Source of the DNA: Eledone cirrhosa
Lineage: Eukaryota
Assembly: GCA_964016885.1 (NCBI GenBank)
Contig: OZ024757.1
Span: forward strand, 28,086,001-28,150,000
Direction of reading: 5' to 3'
Length of the DNA stretch: 64,000 nt
The notes beneath the pieces were generated by a model. The model was not told the origin of the DNA and ran no database searches. It saw only the letters and a list, made by a program, of their open reading frames with translations. Shown here in pieces: positions 40,983-49,994 of the stretch (position 1 is the first letter of the stretch; each line of letters starts with the position of its first letter). The position numbers and the translations under genes were made by a program.

Positions 40983-41866
40983 AAAATAACAGATTAAAGT
41001 TTAAGCAAAGAATCGCTGCTTTCACCCTTAGCGGGATCTTGATTCTTTGCTTAAACTTTAATCTGTTATTTTAATAAATATTTGCTCTACGGTTCTTATA
41101 TATTTGATATATATTTATCCTTATCGAGCCCTCTTTGGATTTTAGTCTTCAAATTTATTATTATTACTATATATATATATATATGTAAAAGGTAAACAGA
41201 AATAACAACACAATCGGTACAGTATAGGGAAGGTATATATTAGGTTAACGCTTGATATAGCAGGAAGAGGGTATTAACGTTTCGGACGCCAGTCCTTCAT
41301 CAGAAGAAAGAATGAGAAATAAAATAGATTGAGGGGACGGAGAGGATGGAATTGGAAAAAATGTCTTTAGATAAAAATAACAGGTCCATTTATGTTGACA
41401 TCTCTTACAATTTATATATTTAGGTTTGTGTGTATGTATCGGTTTGTGTGTATGTATCGGTTTGTCTGTGTCAGTGTTTACATATACTGATTGTTTATGT
41501 ACCGTAACGCAGCGATTCGATAAATAGAGATCGATCAAAGTATCAGACGACATGAAAAGAAAGAAAAATTACAAAATTCCCTTGAAGGCGTAAACGTAAT
41601 GTTTGAAACCAGTAAAAGAATAAACGAAAACATACCCAGACAGTGAAAAGTATACACCCACTACCAGATGACACCGACTATTTTACAGCGTATATATGTG
41701 TATATATACATATATATATAATATTCATACATTCTTGCAATCTCTCATTCTCTCTTTAGATATATAGATATATATATATAGAAAAGAAGTGGCATACCTC
41801 TTCTTCGTTAGTATTTAACACTTCTGCTATCCCTGTACTGACGTTTACATCTTGATTTTCAGCCAT
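1909..41866 (-). CDS. VPS8: Vacuolar protein sorting-associated protein 8 homolog (CORVET subunit), 40 coding exons in window, 3' end outside window
   Basis: 40 exons with GT-AG boundaries join in one open frame (3791 nt). Recognisable VPS8 motifs: [20 protein letters not shown]-region [13 protein letters not shown] and [75 protein letters not shown], start of C-terminal RING CSLC. Confidence 0.97.
2548..2628 (-). CDS. VPS8: VPS8 exon 39 ([27 protein letters not shown])
   Basis: aag acceptor, gtaagt donor, LILGML.T.NYE motif. Confidence 0.94.
3291..3373 (-). CDS. VPS8: VPS8 exon 38 ([27 protein letters not shown])
   Basis: cag/gtaagc. Confidence 0.95.
4061..4307. repeat. Imperfect fold-back palindrome centred near 4190
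   Basis: gaagtttgaaagccac/gtggctttcaaacttc outer arms; aaacaagaagtgttttta..tatatgtcctgatatttcgag inner arms. Confidence 0.9.
4417..4498 (-). CDS. VPS8: VPS8 exon 37 ([27 protein letters not shown])
   Basis: cag/gtgagt. Confidence 0.95.
4960..5057 (-). CDS. VPS8: VPS8 exon 36 ([32 protein letters not shown])
   Basis: cag/gtaagt, LCQRNS motif; frame not among the ORF-track translations. Confidence 0.93.
6143..7236. repeat. (TA)n/(TATG) compound microsatellites with embedded SINE (6702-6945)
   Basis: direct reading. Confidence 0.95.
7282..7340 (-). ncRNA. Degenerate minimal hammerhead (G12 to A), same family as 25260
   Basis: ACTGC-CTGATGA-GGTCATAGC..GCTAT..-AAAA-TATATAT-A-GCAGT. Confidence 0.62.
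9102..9165 (-). CDS. VPS8: VPS8 exon 35 ([21 protein letters not shown])
   Basis: cag/gtgtgt; supplies the required phase 0 to 1 link; weakly conserved. Confidence 0.78.
9602..9691 (-). CDS. VPS8: VPS8 exon 34 ([30 protein letters not shown])
   Basis: cag/gtaagt, LEK.GD..GAF motif. Confidence 0.94.
9733..10215. repeat. (GAT)-rich tract; similar GAT/GGT tract 7895-8390
   Basis: direct reading. Confidence 0.92.
10248..10404 (-). CDS. VPS8: VPS8 exon 33 (DSVGNH...YIDLQCQFN...GYRLEETLK)
   Basis: cag/gtgggt, clathrin-repeat-like YRLEET motif. Confidence 0.93.
11333..11472 (-). CDS. VPS8: VPS8 exon 32 ([12 protein letters not shown]...[11 protein letters not shown])
   Basis: cag/gtgagt, phase 0 to 2. 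Confidence 0.92.
11936..12034 (-). CDS. VPS8: VPS8 exon 31 ([11 protein letters not shown]...ALENLI)
   Basis: cag/gtaagt. Confidence 0.9.
12994..13078 (-). CDS. VPS8: VPS8 exon 30 ([28 protein letters not shown])
   Basis: cag/gtaaga. Confidence 0.94.
13604..13751. mobile_element. Small hAT-like MITE; inverted related copy about 29747-29913
   Basis: TIR cagggcct/aggccctg, partial TSD ctccttgt/ctcctcat. Confidence 0.7.
13874..14106 (-). CDS. VPS8: VPS8 exon 29 ([17 protein letters not shown]...[13 protein letters not shown]...AENAK)
   Basis: cag/gtaagt, phase 0 to 2. Confidence 0.96.
14265..14640 (-). mobile_element. 3' end of related L1/Tx1 LINE
   Basis: Similar to 43130-43220 (aggtgggtgaa..atggcccga); ends cccttgtggctaataaaaaaa. 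Confidence 0.7.
15177..15243 (-). CDS. VPS8: VPS8 exon 28 ([22 protein letters not shown])
   Basis: tag/gtaagt. Confidence 0.94.
15754..15788 (-). CDS. VPS8: VPS8 exon 27, 35 nt ([11 protein letters not shown])
   Basis: cag/gtaaga, phase 0 to 2. Confidence 0.9.
16470..16543 (-). CDS. VPS8: VPS8 exon 26 ([24 protein letters not shown])
   Basis: cag/gtaagt, RTLL.FDT.EFLNVL motif. Confidence 0.96.
16896..17298 (+). mobile_element. Two tandem tRNA-derived SINE copies; family also at about 15310-15700, 32360-32545, 36730-37155, 43658-44230, 55915-56340
   Basis: A-box tggcagtatcgg, B-box gttcaaatccc, core gttaactttgcctttcatcctt..ggggtcgataaaataaagtaccag, tail gccttgtgccaaaagtagaaac. Confidence 0.9.
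17360..17570. mobile_element. piggyBac-type MITE inserted in a SINE
   Basis: TTAA TSD, TIR ccctttagcattta/taaatgctaaaggg. Confidence 0.9.
19257..19302 (-). CDS. VPS8: VPS8 exon 25 ([15 protein letters not shown])
   Basis: tag/gtaggt, phase 0 to 1 required by next exon. Confidence 0.85.
19927..19999 (-). CDS. VPS8: VPS8 exon 24 ([24 protein letters not shown])
   Basis: cag/gtaaga. Confidence 0.95.
20651..20693 (-). CDS. VPS8: VPS8 exon 23 ([13 protein letters not shown])
   Basis: cag/gtaggt, phase 1 to 2. Confidence 0.95.
20988..21129 (-). CDS. VPS8: VPS8 exon 22 ([32 protein letters not shown]...)
   Basis: cag/gtgagt, phase 0 to 1. Confidence 0.96.
21195..21405. mobile_element. piggyBac-type MITE, second copy
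   Basis: TTAA flanks, same TIR and body as 17360. Confidence 0.88.
21656..21878 (-). CDS. VPS8: VPS8 exon 21 ([11 protein letters not shown]...[10 protein letters not shown]...LDIHH)
   Basis: cag/gtaagt, Vps8 core domain. Confidence 0.96.
22062..22108 (-). CDS. VPS8: VPS8 exon 20 ([15 protein letters not shown])
   Basis: cag/gtaagt, phase 0 to 2. Confidence 0.92.
22311..22403 (-). CDS. VPS8: VPS8 exon 19 ([10 protein letters not shown]...EDYYQ)
   Basis: cag/gtaagc. Confidence 0.92.
24467..24604 (-). CDS. VPS8: VPS8 exon 18 (RIEVLVKQ...[12 protein letters not shown]...VKDL)
   Basis: cag/gtatgt. Confidence 0.95.
24722..25059. repeat. Near-perfect 338-bp palindrome
   Basis: 166-bp arms with about 6 mismatches, loop atccaa at 24888-24893. 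Confidence 0.97.
24777..24867 (-). ncRNA. Type I hammerhead motif in left arm of a palindrome; mirror copy 24914-25004 (+) has CCGAGGA
   Basis: atatat-CTGAGGA-long stem II-GAA-AC-ATGT-GT-A-atatgt; GUA triplet. Confidence 0.6.
25260..25314 (+). ncRNA. Degenerate minimal hammerhead (G5 to A)
   Basis: ACTGC-CTAAAGA-GGTCACAGCCAATGATGGCTGTTACT-GAA-ATATATAT-A-GCAGT. Confidence 0.62.
25881..25991 (-). CDS. VPS8: VPS8 exon 17 ([11 protein letters not shown]...VRSWME)
   Basis: tag/gtgagt. Confidence 0.94.
26463..26549 (-). CDS. VPS8: VPS8 exon 16 ([29 protein letters not shown])
   Basis: cag/gtaaat, highly conserved [12 protein letters not shown]. Confidence 0.96.
26600..26828 (+). mobile_element. 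RTE-clade LINE 3' end with (GAT)n tail; similar copy 16150-16360
   Basis: [16 protein letters not shown]...W. Confidence 0.8.
26982..27065 (-). CDS. VPS8: VPS8 exon 15 ([28 protein letters not shown])
   Basis: cag/gtaagt. Confidence 0.94.
27250..27520 (+). repeat. 48-bp tandem array internal to a (GAT)n-tailed retroposon family
   Basis: unit caaaaagcacccagcccacactgtaaagtggtcgtgtaggtgtcacga, about 4.5 copies; also 30510-30680, 24190-24410 (-), 10780-10905, 5900-6005 (-). Confidence 0.88.
27808..27888 (-). CDS. VPS8: VPS8 exon 14 ([27 protein letters not shown])
   Basis: cag/gtgagt, phase 0. Confidence 0.85.
28006..28343. mobile_element. hAT-type MITE (family shared with 61659 and 59960)
   Basis: TIR cagaggatctcaaa/tttgagaacctctg, TSD atgtagtt/atgtagat. 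Confidence 0.88.
30242..30364 (-). CDS. VPS8: VPS8 exon 13 ([13 protein letters not shown]...TIYFYQ)
   Basis: cag/gtaaaa, PLLAW.F and P.LAF motifs. Confidence 0.93.
30886..31203. mobile_element. hAT-type MITE
   Basis: TIR caggggttctcaacc/ggttgagaacccctg, perfect 8-bp TSD atctacat. Confidence 0.93.
31885..31941 (-). CDS. VPS8: VPS8 exon 12 ([19 protein letters not shown])
   Basis: cag/gtattg, phase 0. Confidence 0.9.
33240..33655 (-). mobile_element. CR1-clade LINE 3' fragment
   Basis: [12 protein letters not shown]...TRGHNWKL...FFS...NHWNNL...APSVN.LKSRL. Confidence 0.85.
33726..33828 (-). CDS. VPS8: VPS8 exon 11 ([11 protein letters not shown]...LAMASLSK)
   Basis: cag/gtgagt, phase 2 to 0. 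Confidence 0.94.
34079..34129 (-). CDS. VPS8: VPS8 exon 10 ([16 protein letters not shown])
   Basis: cag/gtatgt, phase 2 to 2. Confidence 0.94.
34884..34951 (-). CDS. VPS8: VPS8 exon 9 ([22 protein letters not shown])
   Basis: cag/gtaagt, phase 0 to 2. Confidence 0.95.
35219..35305 (-). CDS. VPS8: VPS8 exon 8 ([29 protein letters not shown])
   Basis: tag/gtaagt, WD repeat. Confidence 0.95.
36206..36330 (-). CDS. VPS8: VPS8 exon 7 ([11 protein letters not shown]...LLCGFAKGQ)
   Basis: cag/gtaatc, phase 1 to 0, WD repeat. Confidence 0.95.
36395..36495. mobile_element. Tc1/mariner-type MITE of about 100 bp; copies near 19386-19475 and 52481-52545
   Basis: TIR agg(g)tgtc.cccaaaa.atgtatac / gtatacatattttggggacaccct, TA flanks. 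Confidence 0.78.
37204..37258 (-). CDS. VPS8: VPS8 exon 6 ([18 protein letters not shown])
   Basis: cag/gtgagt, phase 0 to 1. Confidence 0.95.
37693..37725 (-). CDS. VPS8: VPS8 exon 5, 33 nt ([11 protein letters not shown])
   Basis: cag/gtaagt, VDAG.P.AI motif. Confidence 0.9.
38328..38418 (-). CDS. VPS8: VPS8 exon 4 ([30 protein letters not shown])
   Basis: tag/gtaagt, phase 2 to 0, ISAQ motif. Confidence 0.9.
38735..38871 (-). CDS. VPS8: VPS8 exon 3 ([14 protein letters not shown]...DRPRQRI)
   Basis: tag/gtgagt, phase 0 to 2, acidic N-terminal segment. Confidence 0.85.
40072..40140 (-). CDS. VPS8: VPS8 exon 2 ([23 protein letters not shown])
   Basis: cag acceptor, gtaagt donor, conserved N-terminal motif. 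Confidence 0.93.
40848..41267. repeat. Nested inverted repeats in VPS8 intron 1
   Basis: Outer arms about 40848-40932 and 41182-41267; inner perfect 32-bp arms 40983-41014 and 41041-41072. Confidence 0.92.
41273..41307 (-). ncRNA. Minimal hammerhead-like motif; related copies 11130-11165 (-), 11647-11682 (-), degenerate near 57403-57433 (+)
   Basis: tctt-CTGATGA-A-GGAC-tggc-GTCC-GAA-ACGT-T-aa; extra A after core. Confidence 0.55.
41798..41866 (-). CDS. VPS8: VPS8 coding exon 1 ([23 protein letters not shown])
   Basis: ATG at 41866, 23 codons, gtatgc donor, phase 0 matches exon 2; N-terminus poorly conserved so less certain. Confidence 0.75.
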
Positions 41867-42250
41867 ATTCCTGTCAATTTCACCGGAATAACAGAATACG
41901 TAGTCAAATTGCTATTCCATATTCTCTTCCTTTTGTCACATAGCAATAAACATTGTTCAATAGTCAGTCATTTCCTCGAATGTTAACTCTAAATTCTTCT
42001 TTTTTTATAACAGATATTTAAATACTTTAAAATACGTAACTCTTTATTTTTGATGAGTTCTTTTTTAATGTATAATAATTCATAAACATTTAATGCTTTC
42101 CGTGTTTTATTTACAATTAATAGCGTTCGTTTTATATTTCAACGGTGTAAAGCTTTTAAAGTTCCTATTCTATGAAATATCCGACAATCGATAAATATTA
42201 CATTTCAATAAAATACCAGTACCGTACTTTCTTCTTCTTCTTCTTCTTCT
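41867..42250 (-). promoter_or_regulatory. Probable VPS8 5'UTR/promoter
   Basis: Unique AT-rich DNA directly upstream of the ATG, with an ETS-like CCGGAA at about 41883-41888; TSS not determinable. Confidence 0.35.
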
Positions 42251-42265
42251 TCTCCTCCTCCTCCT

Positions 42266-42296
<31 letters not shown>

Positions 42297-42589
42297 GTAT
42301 ATATGTGTGTGTATAGCTGAAACTGGGCTGTCATCAGATGGGTTCCACCGGGTTTTAAATGCCCAAGACACGTTGTATGTGTCGATGGCGTACCTACAAT
42401 TCCACCAAGAGATAAAAGCTCAAGGATGGAAGAAAGATATATGAGACTACATTATTCAGTGTGTCCTTCCTTTTAAGGACAGTAGTGTGTTATATGTGGG
42501 GCGGATAGGCTGATATTTCTAGCAGGTCAAGTGCCTACGCAGAAAGTTCCTAATAATATTTCGCATTTAGGATTTCCTCTTAGGTTACT

Positions 42590-43650
42590 ACCCATTGGGC
42601 AGTACGATCGGTGGAGACTCCACCTTGGCGTTCTATAGAGGGTTAGATAAAAGCGATTACGTTCTTGAGGAAAATCTTGGCATCGACGAAAACTAACTAG
42701 CCATTCTTTACGGGTGTCTTTTGGTCAGGGCCCATGGATAACTACCAGAAATCCCTGGCCTGCTGTGCTATGCGGGAGCTTTGCTAGTTCGGGATAAACT
42801 TTACAGACATGGAAGAGCCGTCAGCCTGACCTGTCCAAGATGCGCGTGGGGTGACGAAACCGTCCCTCGTGCAATCGTCCAGTGTCCGAGCATTACTGAC
42901 TTGTGGGTTTATGTCGAACACCTGCTGTTGCGTGTAGGGCGAATCCGTCTATCAGTTGAGTCCATTGTGAAGATCACCCCGTCGCCTTCCAGGAAGGGCA
43001 TACTGTTTTTATTTGTCTGGTGGTCATAGCGAAAGAGTTGTATGATTAACACGTCTGGAAAGGTTGAAGGCAACAAGCACCTTCCTCTTCGGCGAAACCC
43101 TGATTAACTTTTCTGGTTTCACTTGAAGAGGAAAATCAGAGTAGAGAAGGAAGCGCTGCCTTCCAAGCAACTTGTTGTAAGGTGGGTGAAAGAGGCGATC
43201 ATGGCCCGACTGAATGGCTCCGGTCTGTGTGTGCACCTGTAGATTGGAGGAGGAAAACTAAGACATGGCACTTGCTCTAGAGTTCAGGGCACTTGCTCTG
43301 GAGTTCAGGGCACCCATGGTTTTATGGGGGTTTTCTACGAACAGCCCTCGACCGTCTCTTCCCTATTGAGGAATTACTATGGTTTAATTTGTTATTGTTA
43401 CCTTTCTTTTTACTATTGTTTAACCTGTTTACACGCAAAGCCCACACACCAATACACACACACACACATATATATATACACACACACTCACACACACACA
43501 TACACACATACATATATATATGTATACACGCGCACTCACACACACACACATACATATAAACACACGCACACACACACACACCAGGTGTTCGTCCTGTGCC
43601 GTCATTAATGTTTTCTTCATATAAACCCTTTGTGGTGAATAAGAAAACTA
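42590..43650 (+). mobile_element. 5'-truncated L1/Tx1-clade LINE (ORF2 C-terminus and 3'UTR), degenerate
   Basis: VRDKLYRH...CPRC...ET.....QC....LW zf-RVT-like region; ends ctttgtggtgaataagaaaa; interrupted by (CA)n. Confidence 0.8.
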
Positions 43651-45669
43651 TCATTATGGTGGATTGGCAGTATCGGTAGAGAGTCGGACACCATGCTTTG
43701 AAGCATAGGGTTACGTCCCTTTATGATCTGAGTTCAAATCCCGCCAAGGTTAACTTTGCCTTTCATCCTTACGGGGTCGATAAAATAAAGTACCAGTAAT
43801 ACATTGGTTATTTGCTGGCCTTATGCCAAAAGTAGAAACAATTATTATTATTCCTAATTCAGTCCTGATCGAGTAAAACTATGAAAAAAAAAGAAGATTG
43901 ATAGCCTTGTGCCTAAACCAGAAACCATTATTGAGGTTAACTTTACCTTTCATCCTTACGGGATCGATAAAATAAAGTAGTAACGCACTGGGGTAATTAC
44001 TGGCCTTGTACCTAAACCAGAAACCATTATTGAGGTTAACTTTGCCTTTCATCCTTACGGGTCGATAAAATAAAGTACCAGTAATGTACTGGAGTAATTA
44101 CTGGCCTTGTACCTAAACCAGAAACCATTATTGAGGTTAACTTTGCCTTTCATCCTTACGGGGTCGATAAAATAAAGTACCAGTGATACATTGGGGTAAT
44201 TGCTGGCCTTGTGCTAAAAGTAGAAACTATTATTACTGTTTTGTAACGTCGTTGCGCGTGACTTACAGGTTAGGATATTCTTGAGTTCGATTCCCGGCCA
44301 CGAGTTGTGTCCTTGAGCACCACACTTTATTTCACCTTTCTCCAGTTCTCTCTGCTGGAAGAAACGAGTTATAGCTGTAATTCAAATGACCAGGTTGTCA
44401 GACACTATGTCAAGCTACATCTCCCTGAGAACTACGCTGAGTTACGGCCATTTACATACAGAGTTCATATCCCACCTAGGTCAACTTTGCCTTCCATCCA
44501 TCAAGGGTCGATAAAATAAGGTACCAGTTAAATATTGAGTCGATATAATCGACTTTCTCCTTCAGCCCCCCTCCCCAAAACAATTGCTGGCCTTGTGCCA
44601 ATGCTAGAAATAATTGTTACTGGTGTGTGTGTGTGTGTGTCTGTGTTGGTGTGAGTGTGTCTGTATGAATAGGAGTATCTGTGTGTTGTATGTGTGTATG
44701 TGTGTGTGTGTGGGGGGGGGGGTGAGATATTGTTAACTAATTGACTGCTGAAAGTCCACTTTGATTTGCCGAAGCTGCTCCAATCTCTCCTCCCATCTAT
44801 GTGTGTATGTGTTTGTGTGTGTGTGTTTGGTGTGTATGTGTCTTTGGTGTGTTTGGTGTGCGTGTGAGTTTGTGTTTGTATTTAGTTTGTTTGACATTGT
44901 GTGTGTATGTGTGTTTGGTATGTATGTGTTTGTATTTGGTGTTTGTCGTTGTGTGTGAGTGTTTGCCTGTGTTTGTATTTGTTGTCTATGTGTGTGTATG
45001 TGTGTTAGTATTTGTTTTCTGTGTGTGTGTGTGTATGTGTGTGTGTGTAAACACCAATCTCCACACCTGTTATTTCTCATACTCTCAACTCGTCTATTCT
45101 GTCCAGCTAGGGACCAAGATGGCGACTGCACCGCGGCGGCGGCGGTGGTATCAATGATAATGATGTTGGTAGTGGTGGCGGTGGTGTTGCTGGTATTGAA
45201 GGCTAGGGTAGCGGAACTCCTTCACACCTTATCTTTCTCCTTATCGCTATGTATCTGATCTCTATCTCTCTCACCCTCTCTCTCTCTCTATCTCTTACTT
45301 TCTTACTCTCCCTCTCTGTCTCTTACTTTCTCCCCCCTCTTTCTCTCTCTGTTTCCCTTCTGACTCTCTTTATCCGTTTTCCTCTTTCGTAAGCTATTTG
45401 AAATTACCATTTTTTTTCTCTCTTTGTCTCACTCTCACCCTCCCTCGTGTTCTTTTACTATATTTAGAAATGCTGTATGTGAGAGAGGTTAAGGTTAGGG
45501 TGTTCGTAAGGTCGTGCGTTTGATTCTCGAACAGTGTGAAACGTTGTGCTTTTCAATAAGTTCACTCAGAAGAAAAAAAGATAGTAACAGCAGCTGGTGG
45601 TACTTAACCTTGCAGCAGACTGGCGTCTCCTCCTTATTTTCAGTTGATTAGCGGCACATGAAACCAGGA

Positions 45670-45888
45670 TAGCAGGACAACAGATTTTACGGGCGAAACC
45701 AACAGGTAGGAGACCCAGGGGTAGACTCCGAGCAAGATGGTTGGATAACACCTATGAGCTTGGCTGGTCACGCGTGGGGATCCAGTCGGCTCAGTTGGAG
45801 ACGTTGCTTCTGACAGGACCCGCTGGAGAGAGAGTGTTTGAGGTTCCTGCCCCCACGACCTTCTCAAGAATAAGTGGGCGAAGAAGAA

Positions 45889-45890
<2 letters not shown>
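45670..45890 (+). mobile_element. RTE-like LINE 3' end with (AAG)n tail; inverted copy 10530-10715
   Basis: RRPRGRLRARWLDN..ELGWS. Confidence 0.75.
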
Positions 45891-45938
<48 letters not shown>

Positions 45939-45947
45939 GAGTCGGGT

Positions 45948-46034
45948 CCGACGGCTGAGCTTTGGCCGTTTCGACAGTAAATTCTGGGCTGGGGATAAAA
46001 CTCTCTGCTATGAATAAGCCATCTCATCAGGGGT
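45948..46034 (-). ncRNA. Type I hammerhead ribozyme motif, core intact
   Basis: ccc-CTGATGA-GATGG..(long loop)..CTGTC-GAA-ACGGC-caaagctca-GCCGT-C-GG; GUC triplet, 5-bp stem III, short stem I. Confidence 0.75.
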
Positions 46035-46328
46035 GTGACCTAATGGGATTGATGTGTCTATAAGTAGATGAGCGGTCAGACACTCTACTATCCGAAGTAT
46101 CGAGTACTCCGCTGAACAATAGTGTTACTAGTTTAAGATTGGTAACATCCTGATCTCTCTCTCAATATATATATATGCATATATTTTCGTTTCGCCGATA
46201 GGAGCTCACAGTGGTCAAACGAGATGGTTATAAATTATGTCAAATAAATATATATTCTCCACTATATTCTATTTGGGAACTAATTTGAAACGGTTCACCT
46301 TTATTCTTGTAGTAAGAAAAAACAATAA

Positions 46329-46440
<112 letters not shown>

Positions 46441-46601
46441 TGCGGTGAATTGGCAGAGTCGTTAGAATCTCGGGTTGGATGCTTTGTTGCAATAGTTCCG
46501 GTTCTCTGTTCAAATAACGCCAAGGTCGACTTTGCCTTTCATCTCTTCAAGGTCGATAAAACATGTACCAGTCCAGTACTGGGGTTCAATTCTTCTGCTA
46601 T

Positions 46602-46666
<65 letters not shown>

Positions 46667-46902
46667 GACAGACACACTCCCTTCTTTAAGAAAATGACTG
46701 GGTTCATACATGGAGAGGAGATGGGCTCTGCCAGGTTTAAAATGGCCAAGACACGTCCTATTGTCTCGACAGTGCCCCTACGACTCCATCAAGAGTTAAG
46801 GGTCCATACATACATATGTGTGTGTGTGTGTGTGTTTCTGCACGCGTGCGTGCGCGTGTGCATTGAACAGATTTTGATATTTACTCCCTACCCCCTTTTC
46901 CC

Positions 46903-46960
<58 letters not shown>

Positions 46961-48429
46961 CTCTATCTCTCCCTGCTACAGTTACGTGTCTCCTGCCCTC
47001 CTGCGCCCCCCCCCCCTTCCCCCATGGTACTTAACACTGCTCCCCCTTCTCCCTCACTGCCACCACCGCTTATAATCTTATGATTAGATTGGGATAACTA
47101 TCTCAATTGCTTCCTTCGCCACCCACCTTCACACCCCCTCTTCGCCACTCTGACACCGACCCACCCTCCCTTATTCCCCACGCCTACACCCATACTCCAG
47201 ACACCGATGCACCCTACTCCCCCCCTCTTCCTCTCTGTCTCTCTCTTACCTAACACTCGTACTTTATTTTTTAAATTACAAACCATTCACAACTAGCTAC
47301 CTCCGCCGCCTCCTCCACAACCAATATGATCACATCCATCACCCCCACCACCACCGCCAACATTACCGCCACCAACAGCGCTGCCATCACCATCTGCACC
47401 TCCACTAGAACCACCAACATCACCACCACATCTCCCATCACCACCACCACCACCAACACCACCAACATCACCACCACCAACATCACCACCACCTCTCTCA
47501 TCACCAACATCACCACCACCTCTCCCATCACCAGCATCACCACCACCATTACAGATTACTTACATCACTCTCCTGATCAGCACCACCTCCATCACCGCTA
47601 ACACCACCTTCCCCACCACCACCAGAGACTGTCCCTATTACCCTCCCCCCTCCCGCTCCCATCCCCATGTAAATAACATTTTCATCAACGGCTTTACCAC
47701 CACCACCACCACCACCTCCACAAATACCATCATCACTGCCGTCATAATACACCCCACCACACTACAACACAACACCACCACAGCACCACACCACACCACC
47801 ATACACCTACACGTATTACACACAATTCTCTCCATCTCCCGCAACATCTCACGGTAACTAATCACGAACATCCCCAATCACCACCACCACCATCACCACT
47901 GCTATTATATACACACAAATACACATACACACATATATGCATACATATATACATATATGCATGCATACTATATACATACATATACATACAAACAAAAAGC
48001 AAGCCATACTTTCATACATACATACGTACGTACATACATGGATACATACATACATACATATATATCTACACAGACATGCATGCATACCATGTATACACTC
48101 ACACTCATGCATCGTTATATATACATGGATACATACATCCATCCATCCATCCATCCATCCATCCATCCATACATACATACATACATACATACATACATAC
48201 ATACATACATACATACATACATACATCCATCCATCCATCCATACATCACTCAATTCCTATCCACAAGCGTCTGTCTGCTCTCACGTCAATCCTTTCCCAC
48301 CCTTGTCAACCCCACCAATCCTTCATATCGATGTGGAGAGCAGGGGGTGGCAGGTTCAGAGAGATAGTTGCGGGTTGATCCACTGCAGTTCTTCCAATAC
48401 ATTCTAGCCCCCACTGTGATACCTTTAGC

Positions 48430-48810
48430 AATCCATGAAGCGATCTACCCAGCAATCTCTCCAGTGATTCACACAGACACACACCCCGAAATTTACCCAA
48501 CAATCCACCCAGTGATTCATGCTGAAATATATTTAGAAATCCACCCAGCGATTCACCCTGAAATCCACCGGTGATTCACACTGAAATCCACCCAGCGATT
48601 CACCCTGAAATCCACCGGTGATTCACACTGAAATCCACCCAGCGATTCACCTTGAAATCCACCCAGCGATTCACCCTGAAATCCACCCAGCGATCAATCC
48701 AGAAATCCACCCAACGATCCACCTAGGAATCCTCTCCGAAACTTACTCAGCCACGTACCCAGCCAACCACCCTGAAACCGATTAAGCAATCCAACCAGCG
48801 ATCCACCCTC
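48430..48810. repeat. 23-24 bp minisatellite
   Basis: atccacccagcgattcaccctgaa units. Confidence 0.9.
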
Positions 48811-49994
48811 ACCAAATCAGCACTACCAGAAACAGTAACACCACCACCATTACCACCGCACACAACTACTAATAACATCACCACCACCACCACCACCACC
48901 ACCACCACCACGACGGCCAACTTGAGAACCTATACTTTGTCATTGGTCAAACTTGAAATAGCAGCCAAATCTCCTTCAAATCGTGCTCTTCTAATCGTTA
49001 TTTTCGCTTAGTGTACGAAGAGTCATGAACATATTTCAATACGTATCTGAGAATATTCATGAGCCCTTTTTGAGGAGCCAATTACATCTGACGGGACGGG
49101 GGGGTCAGACAGTTGAAGAAAAGGTATACTATCTATCGGGGGGTGCAACTTAATGTAGTAGAAACGTCACCGTTTTTTCTGGTAACAGGTGGTAGGATTT
49201 GAACTCAGAACGCATATAGCCAGAACAGATACTGCAAATAATCTCGGTCCAGCTCGTTGGCGATTCCGTTAATCCCCGGCCCCTGAATGAAAGGCAAAGT
49301 TGACCTCGACGGAATTTGAACGCAGCAATGCAATGATGGACCTCCGTCGGTTTCGACAATGAATACTCCAGTTGTTCGATTAACGGAACAGCCTGCTAAT
49401 GAAATTTACGTGTAAATGTTTGAGTATTCCACAAACACGTGTACCCATAACGTAATTCTCGAGGTAGCTTAGCGTGTCACCGCATTGGACAAAGGCTGGT
49501 CATGTGAATTATAAGTAGAGTCCATCCGATTGGCTAGAAATAACAACCAAATGTCCCTCTCCTGAAAACCACTTCCCATCGTCATCCCCGACCTTCTCCT
49601 TGATTCACGAAAAATGAATAACTAACGAGATGGTCACGTCTGGAACACCCATTTGATGGTAGGGCTAACATAAAGCTAAACACCAGGAACATCAGCACCA
49701 TCACAAGACATCACTGGCACAGACAACTATAGTAGCAGTGGCATGAACATCACCACATCACTGTCTTACAAGAAATATCCGGAAAGACTGCTCCCCCCTC
49801 CAAACAAACCCACCACAACCAACAACAACAACAACAAACAAACAAACGAAGAACAATGGTGACAATAACAACAACTAAAACATCTGTTAATCTGCAAGAA
49901 CAACAACAACAATAGCAACAACAAACATGATATAATATCGTTAAAAATCATATAACATTAACAGCAGCAGCAATATTTGCAGGCGTCCCCCAAA

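Noticed and set aside
45118-45157. MATAPRRRR as first exon of the receptor
   Set aside because: Good ATG context, but nearby GT donors give phase 2 whereas the DBD exon needs phase 1
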